Below are positions 60,118 to 64,000 of a DNA stretch of 64,000 bases, one piece after another. This stretch comes from Chloroflexota bacterium. GTDB lineage: Bacteria > Chloroflexota > Anaerolineae > UBA2200 > JACIWT01. The stretch's first letter is position 1; each line of letters begins with the position of its first letter. The stretch covers positions 47,165 to 111,164 of the forward strand of contig JACIWT010000006.1 in the NCBI GenBank assembly GCA_014360825.1, written 5' to 3'. The translations under genes were made by a program, and so were the position numbers. Under the pieces are notes generated by a model, which did no database searches, had not been told where the DNA came from, and was given only the letters and a program-made list of their open reading frames with translations.

Positions 60118-61560
60118 ATGGCGATTGAGTTTGGCACCGATGGATGGCGAGCAGTAATCAGCGATGAGTTCACCTTCGAGAACGTGCGCCGCGTGGCCTG
60201 GGCCATTGGCGATTACTTGGATGAAAAATATGGGATAAATAACGCCAGCGTTGTGGTCGGTTTCGACACCCGCTTCCTTTCCGACCGCTATGCTATCGAG
60301 ATGTCTCGCCTACTATCGGCCCGCGGCTTTTCGGTACACCTGAGTGAATCGGACTGCCCGACACCCGCTTTGACTTATGCCATTCTCGACAAAAAGGCTA
60401 CCGCGGGCATCATGATCACTGCCAGTCACAATCCGCCGCGTTACAACGGCATCAAACTCAAGGCGCACCATGGTGGCTCAGTGCTGCCCGAGGAGGCACA
60501 TCGAGTAGAGCATTTCATTTCCCACCCGGCTACGGACACGGCTAAATACAAAGCATTGTGGGCCTCGGAGCCGGGCGTTCTAACGCCAGAGGACCACGTC
60601 GAGCGCTTCAATCCGATGCCCTCTTATCTGATCCACGTGCGCTCACTTATAGATGCGACTGTCATCTCCCGTCGCAGACCGCGGGTAGTTGTGGACTCAA
60701 TGTACGGCGCAGGACGAGGTTATATACGCCGGTATTTGGAAGAGATAGGCTGTGAAGTACAAGAAATACACGCGGAGATGAATCCTGGCTTTGGCGGCAT
60801 TCACCCCGAACCCATTGAGCGCAACTTGCGCGCGCTGATCGAGACAGTGCGTGTCGGCGGCTATGACCTGGGCGTGGCAACCGATGGTGATGCCGATCGT
60901 ATTGGAGCGGTGGATGAAAACGGACGTTTTGTGGACCCGCACTGTATCATCAGTTTGGTCTTGCGACACCTAGTGGAAAAGCGCGGCTGGCGCGGATCGG
61001 TCGTGAAGACCGTTTCTACTACGCAAATGGTCAGTCGGTTAGCGGCTCGGTATGGGTTGCCCTTACACGAAACGCCAGTCGGATTCAGACACATTAGCGA
61101 GATCATGCAAAGAGAAAACGTGCTCATCGCTGGTGAAGAGAGTGGTGGCATTACCATTCAGCACCATATACCAGAAGGTGACGGCATTTTGATGGGGCTT
61201 TTGCTTGCAGAAATCCTGGCGTATGAAAAGAAGCCATTGAGTGCTATCATCCAAGACCTCATGAGAGAGACAGGATTCTTCTATTATCGCCGCCAAGACG
61301 TGAAGACTCGGGCTTTTGATAGAGTTTCGCTAGTAGCGCAATTGACAGCGAATGCCCCAGTAGAATTGGCTGGGCATCGGATAGTGCAAGTGGATAAGCG
61401 GGATGGCATCAAATATCTACTCGACGACGAAAGTTGGCTTTTGATCCGGCCATCTGGCACTGAGCCTTTGCTACGCATCTACGCCGAAGCCCGCAGCCCA
61501 GAGATAGTGGAAGCACTTTTGGCCACAGGGGCACAATTGGCCAATAGAAGCATGGCTTAA
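60118..61560 (+). CDS. Phosphoglucomutase/phosphomannomutase family protein
   Basis: FGTDGWRA...ITASHNPPRYNGIK (phosphoserine loop)...ATDGDADR (Mg site)...GEESGG...RPSGTEPLLRIY. Confidence 0.87.
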   Translation: MAIEFGTDGWRAVISDEFTFENVRRVAWAIGDYLDEKYGINNASVVVGFDTRFLSDRYAIEMSRLLSARGFSVHLSESDCPTPALTYAILDKKATAGIMITASHNPPRYNGIKLKAHHGGSVLPEEAHRVEHFISHPATDTAKYKALWASEPGVLTPEDHVERFNPMPSYLIHVRSLIDATVISRRRPRVVVDSMYGAGRGYIRRYLEEIGCEVQEIHAEMNPGFGGIHPEPIERNLRALIETVRVGGYDLGVATDGDADRIGAVDENGRFVDPHCIISLVLRHLVEKRGWRGSVVKTVSTTQMVSRLAARYGLPLHETPVGFRHISEIMQRENVLIAGEESGGITIQHHIPEGDGILMGLLLAEILAYEKKPLSAIIQDLMRETGFFYYRRQDVKTRAFDRVSLVAQLTANAPVELAGHRIVQVDKRDGIKYLLDDESWLLIRPSGTEPLLRIYAEARSPEIVEALLATGAQLANRSMA

Positions 61561-61662
61561 AGTTATTGAAATTGGGTGTGTAAGTGCCATTCTTTGGTGT
61601 TACAATGGTAAGAGACGGGGCACAAATAGTTCAGTGCGCGGAAATCTGCAAGGGTATATAGG

Positions 61663-64000
61663 ATGCCTAAGTTCACTCACCTGCATGTGCATAGCGAATT
61701 TTCTTTGCTCGACGGCCTTGCGCGGTTAGAGGACTTGGTCACCCGCACCAAAGAGTTGGGCATGGACTCCTTGGCCATCACAGATCACGGGGTAATGTAT
61801 GCTGTCGTTGCCTTCCAACGCATGGCCCGAGCCCACGGCATCAAGCCCATTTTCGGTATTGAGATGTACATTGCACCGCGCCGCATGACTCAGAAAGAAG
61901 CCCATAAAGATGCGAACCCCTATCACCTCGTCCTGCTCGCCAAGAACCAAACAGGGTACAAAAACCTCCTAATCCTTTCGAGCCACGCCCATCTATATGG
62001 TTTCTACTACAAGCCTCGCGTGGATAAAGAGCTATTAAGCGAACACTGCGAAGGTCTAATTGCTCTCTCAGCCTGCGGCTCAGGTGAAGTTCCCCGGCTC
62101 GTTGCAGAAGGCCAAATGGATCAGGCGCGAAAGGCCGCTGCCTGGTATCGGGATACGTTTGGGCTGAACAACTTTTTCCTGGAACTACAGAGCCATGTCG
62201 GAGTACCAGAACTCCAAAAGATCAACTCTGGCCTCGTTAGCCTGGCCAGCGAACTGGGCATTGGCTTGGTGGCCACCAATGATGTGCATTATGTGCGCCC
62301 CGAAGATGCAGCCGCTCATGACCTCTTGCTATGTATTCAGACAAACACCACTGTAAACGATCCCAAGCGATTGCGTATGGAAGGTGGAGATTACTACCTC
62401 AAGAGCGCCGCAGAGATGGCTGCGCTCTTTCCCGACCTACCTGAGGCACTGGAGAACACAATTCGTATTGCGGAGAGTTGCAACGTCCAGATTGAGACTG
62501 GTGTTCACCACCTACCCTTGTTCGATGTGCCAGAGGGGCACACTCCACAGAGTTACCTGCGCATGCTTTGCGAAGAGGGATTGAAACGGCGCTTTGCCCT
62601 GATTACACCCGAGTTGCGAGCCCGCCTGGACTATGAATTGGATGTTATCCACAACATGGGCTTCGATACATACTTCCTCATCGTGTGGGATCTCGTGCGT
62701 TTCGCCCGCAGCCGAGATATCTGGTGCAATGTGCGCGGCTCCGGGGTGAGTTCCATCGTCTCTTACTGCCTGGGTATAACAAATCTGAACCCGTTATCGA
62801 ACAAACTCGTCTTCGAGCGGTTCCTGAATCCTGGCCGAATTACAATGCCTGATATTGACCTGGATTTCCCCGACGACCGCAGGCAGGAAATGATAGATTA
62901 CGCGGTCCAGAAATACGGTCAGGAGCAAGTGGCCCAGATCATCACTTTCGGGACATTGGGTGCACGGGCGGCTATCCGTGATGTGGGTCGCACACTTGGT
63001 ATGCCCCCGGGTGAGGTTGATCAAATCGCCAAACTCGTTCCCTCCGGCCCCAAAAAGAAAATTAAAGATGGCCTGGACACTGTCGCCGAACTCAAGCAAA
63101 TGTACGAAACGGTCGATTATGTCCGAGATCTCATTGACAAAGCCCAGAGTCTGGAAGGCATTGCACGGCACGCCTCAACTCACGCCGCGGGCGTGGTCAT
63201 CGCGGATAAGCCACTAATTGAATACGTGCCCTTACAGCGCGCCGTGCGGGGCGATGAAGTGGTCGCCCAGTTTCCGATGGAGGACCTGGAAGAAATAGGT
63301 CTACTCAAGATCGATTTCCTAGGTCTTTCCACACTGACCATTATGCGACGGGCTGTGGACTTGATTGCGCAACGGCACAACGTGAATCTGACTCTAGAGT
63401 CCATCCCTCTGGACGACCCTGCTATCTTCGATCTGCTCTCCTCTGGTGATGTAACGGGCGTCTTCCAGGTTGAGGGCGGCGGAATGCGTAAGACTTTGCG
63501 CGAGTTGAGACCCAGCAATTTTGAGGACGTAGTGGCTTTGCTGTCTCTATACCGGCCCGGCCCCATGCAATTTATCCCGCAGTTCATCGCTCGAAAATAT
63601 GGGCAGGAGAAGATTTCCTATCGCCACCCCAGCCTGGAGTCCATCTTAGCAGAAACCTACGGCATCATTGTGTATCAGGAACAGATCATTCGTATCGCTA
63701 CCGACATTGCCGGGTACACGGCTTCTGAAGCGGACCTGATGCGCCGTGCTGTGGGCAAGAAGAAAGAGAAGGAACTGCGAAGGCTGCGCAACACTTTTGT
63801 TAAAGGAGCAGTGTCTAGAGGCATCTCGAAGGACATCGCTGATCAGATATTCTCTGACATCGAATTTTTCGCCAACTACGGTTTTAACAAGGCCCACAGC
63901 GCAGCATACGCTGTGATCACCTGTCAGACCGCATACCTGCGTGCCAAGTACCCTATAGAGTACATGACGGCTTTACTTTCAGTGGAGTGCGGAAACACCG
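61663..64000 (+). CDS. dnaE: DNA polymerase III alpha subunit (3' end lies outside the window)
   Basis: Not in the ORF track because there is no stop before the window end. The frame is open from ATG 61663: MPKFTHLHVHSEFSLLDG (PHP)...GFDTYFLIVWD...PDIDLDF...THAAGVVI...LKIDFLGL...GVFQVEG...GFNKAHSAAYA. Confidence 0.95.
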   Translation, partial: MPKFTHLHVHSEFSLLDGLARLEDLVTRTKELGMDSLAITDHGVMYAVVAFQRMARAHGIKPIFGIEMYIAPRRMTQKEAHKDANPYHLVLLAKNQTGYKNLLILSSHAHLYGFYYKPRVDKELLSEHCEGLIALSACGSGEVPRLVAEGQMDQARKAAAWYRDTFGLNNFFLELQSHVGVPELQKINSGLVSLASELGIGLVATNDVHYVRPEDAAAHDLLLCIQTNTTVNDPKRLRMEGGDYYLKSAAEMAALFPDLPEALENTIRIAESCNVQIETGVHHLPLFDVPEGHTPQSYLRMLCEEGLKRRFALITPELRARLDYELDVIHNMGFDTYFLIVWDLVRFARSRDIWCNVRGSGVSSIVSYCLGITNLNPLSNKLVFERFLNPGRITMPDIDLDFPDDRRQEMIDYAVQKYGQEQVAQIITFGTLGARAAIRDVGRTLGMPPGEVDQIAKLVPSGPKKKIKDGLDTVAELKQMYETVDYVRDLIDKAQSLEGIARHASTHAAGVVIADKPLIEYVPLQRAVRGDEVVAQFPMEDLEEIGLLKIDFLGLSTLTIMRRAVDLIAQRHNVNLTLESIPLDDPAIFDLLSSGDVTGVFQVEGGGMRKTLRELRPSNFEDVVALLSLYRPGPMQFIPQFIARKYGQEKISYRHPSLESILAETYGIIVYQEQIIRIATDIAGYTASEADLMRRAVGKKKEKELRRLRNTFVKGAVSRGISKDIADQIFSDIEFFANYGFNKAHSAAYAVITCQTAYLRAKYPIEYMTALLSVECGNT

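Overview
This is a 64-kb chromosomal window from a moderately GC-rich bacterium. It is densely coding on both strands, with strong Shine-Dalgarno sites, several near-consensus sigma-70-type promoters (TTGACA/TATAAT-like) and many GTG/TTG starts. Adjacent genes are often translationally coupled through 4-nt GTGA or ATGA start/stop overlaps: 965-968, 14729-14732, 34256-34259, 36019-36022, 47424-47427, 49257-49260 and 54770-54773. Most of the content is housekeeping. From left to right: a comEC 3' end; an RmlC-like cupin / EamA transporter / ChlI-vWA chelatase-type ATPase operon; a GlcD-like oxidase; a minus-strand block (SGNH hydrolase, iorAB, pyrG, Fsa-type aldolase, one unknown protein); gyrB-gyrA followed directly by an AlbA_2/COG2865 protein; a DUF62-pncA-NAPRTase cluster; a monocistronic sugar-type ABC ATPase; a MATE pump; a complete 9-gene V/A-type ATPase operon plus usp; a TPP-riboswitch-controlled thiamine salvage operon (cytX-thiM-thiE-thiL-thiD); a 1.1-kb ORF-free tract; a polysaccharide locus (rfbB, B12-radical SAM, rfbA, BY-kinase, two PCP/Wzz paralogs, GT4); mnmE, MFS, DUF951, S2P protease, HD protein, prephenate dehydrogenase, GT4, a Thr/Pro-rich secreted protein, an LbH acetyltransferase and a phosphohexomutase; and the 5' 2.3 kb of dnaE. 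I found no rRNA or tRNA genes, no CRISPR array, no intact transposase or integrase, and no clear-cut defence or toxin system. The gene mix (V/A-ATPase, IOR, TP-rich linkers, split PCP/BY-kinase) fits a Chloroflexota-like or similar lineage, but that is inference only. The best candidates for something undescribed are: (i) imperfect direct repeats that bracket the riboswitch-thi operon together with the ORF-free, hairpin-rich 1.1-kb tract, which may be an insertion scar or a structured RNA; (ii) a cobalamin-type radical SAM enzyme translationally coupled inside the dTDP-sugar operon; (iii) an Fsa-type aldolase carrying a four-cysteine insertion next to an unassignable protein; and (iv) a COG2865/AlbA_2 protein 5 nt downstream of gyrA, with a phased TTGGGATA repeat array at its 3' end. 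None of these can be confirmed without database searches or experiments.
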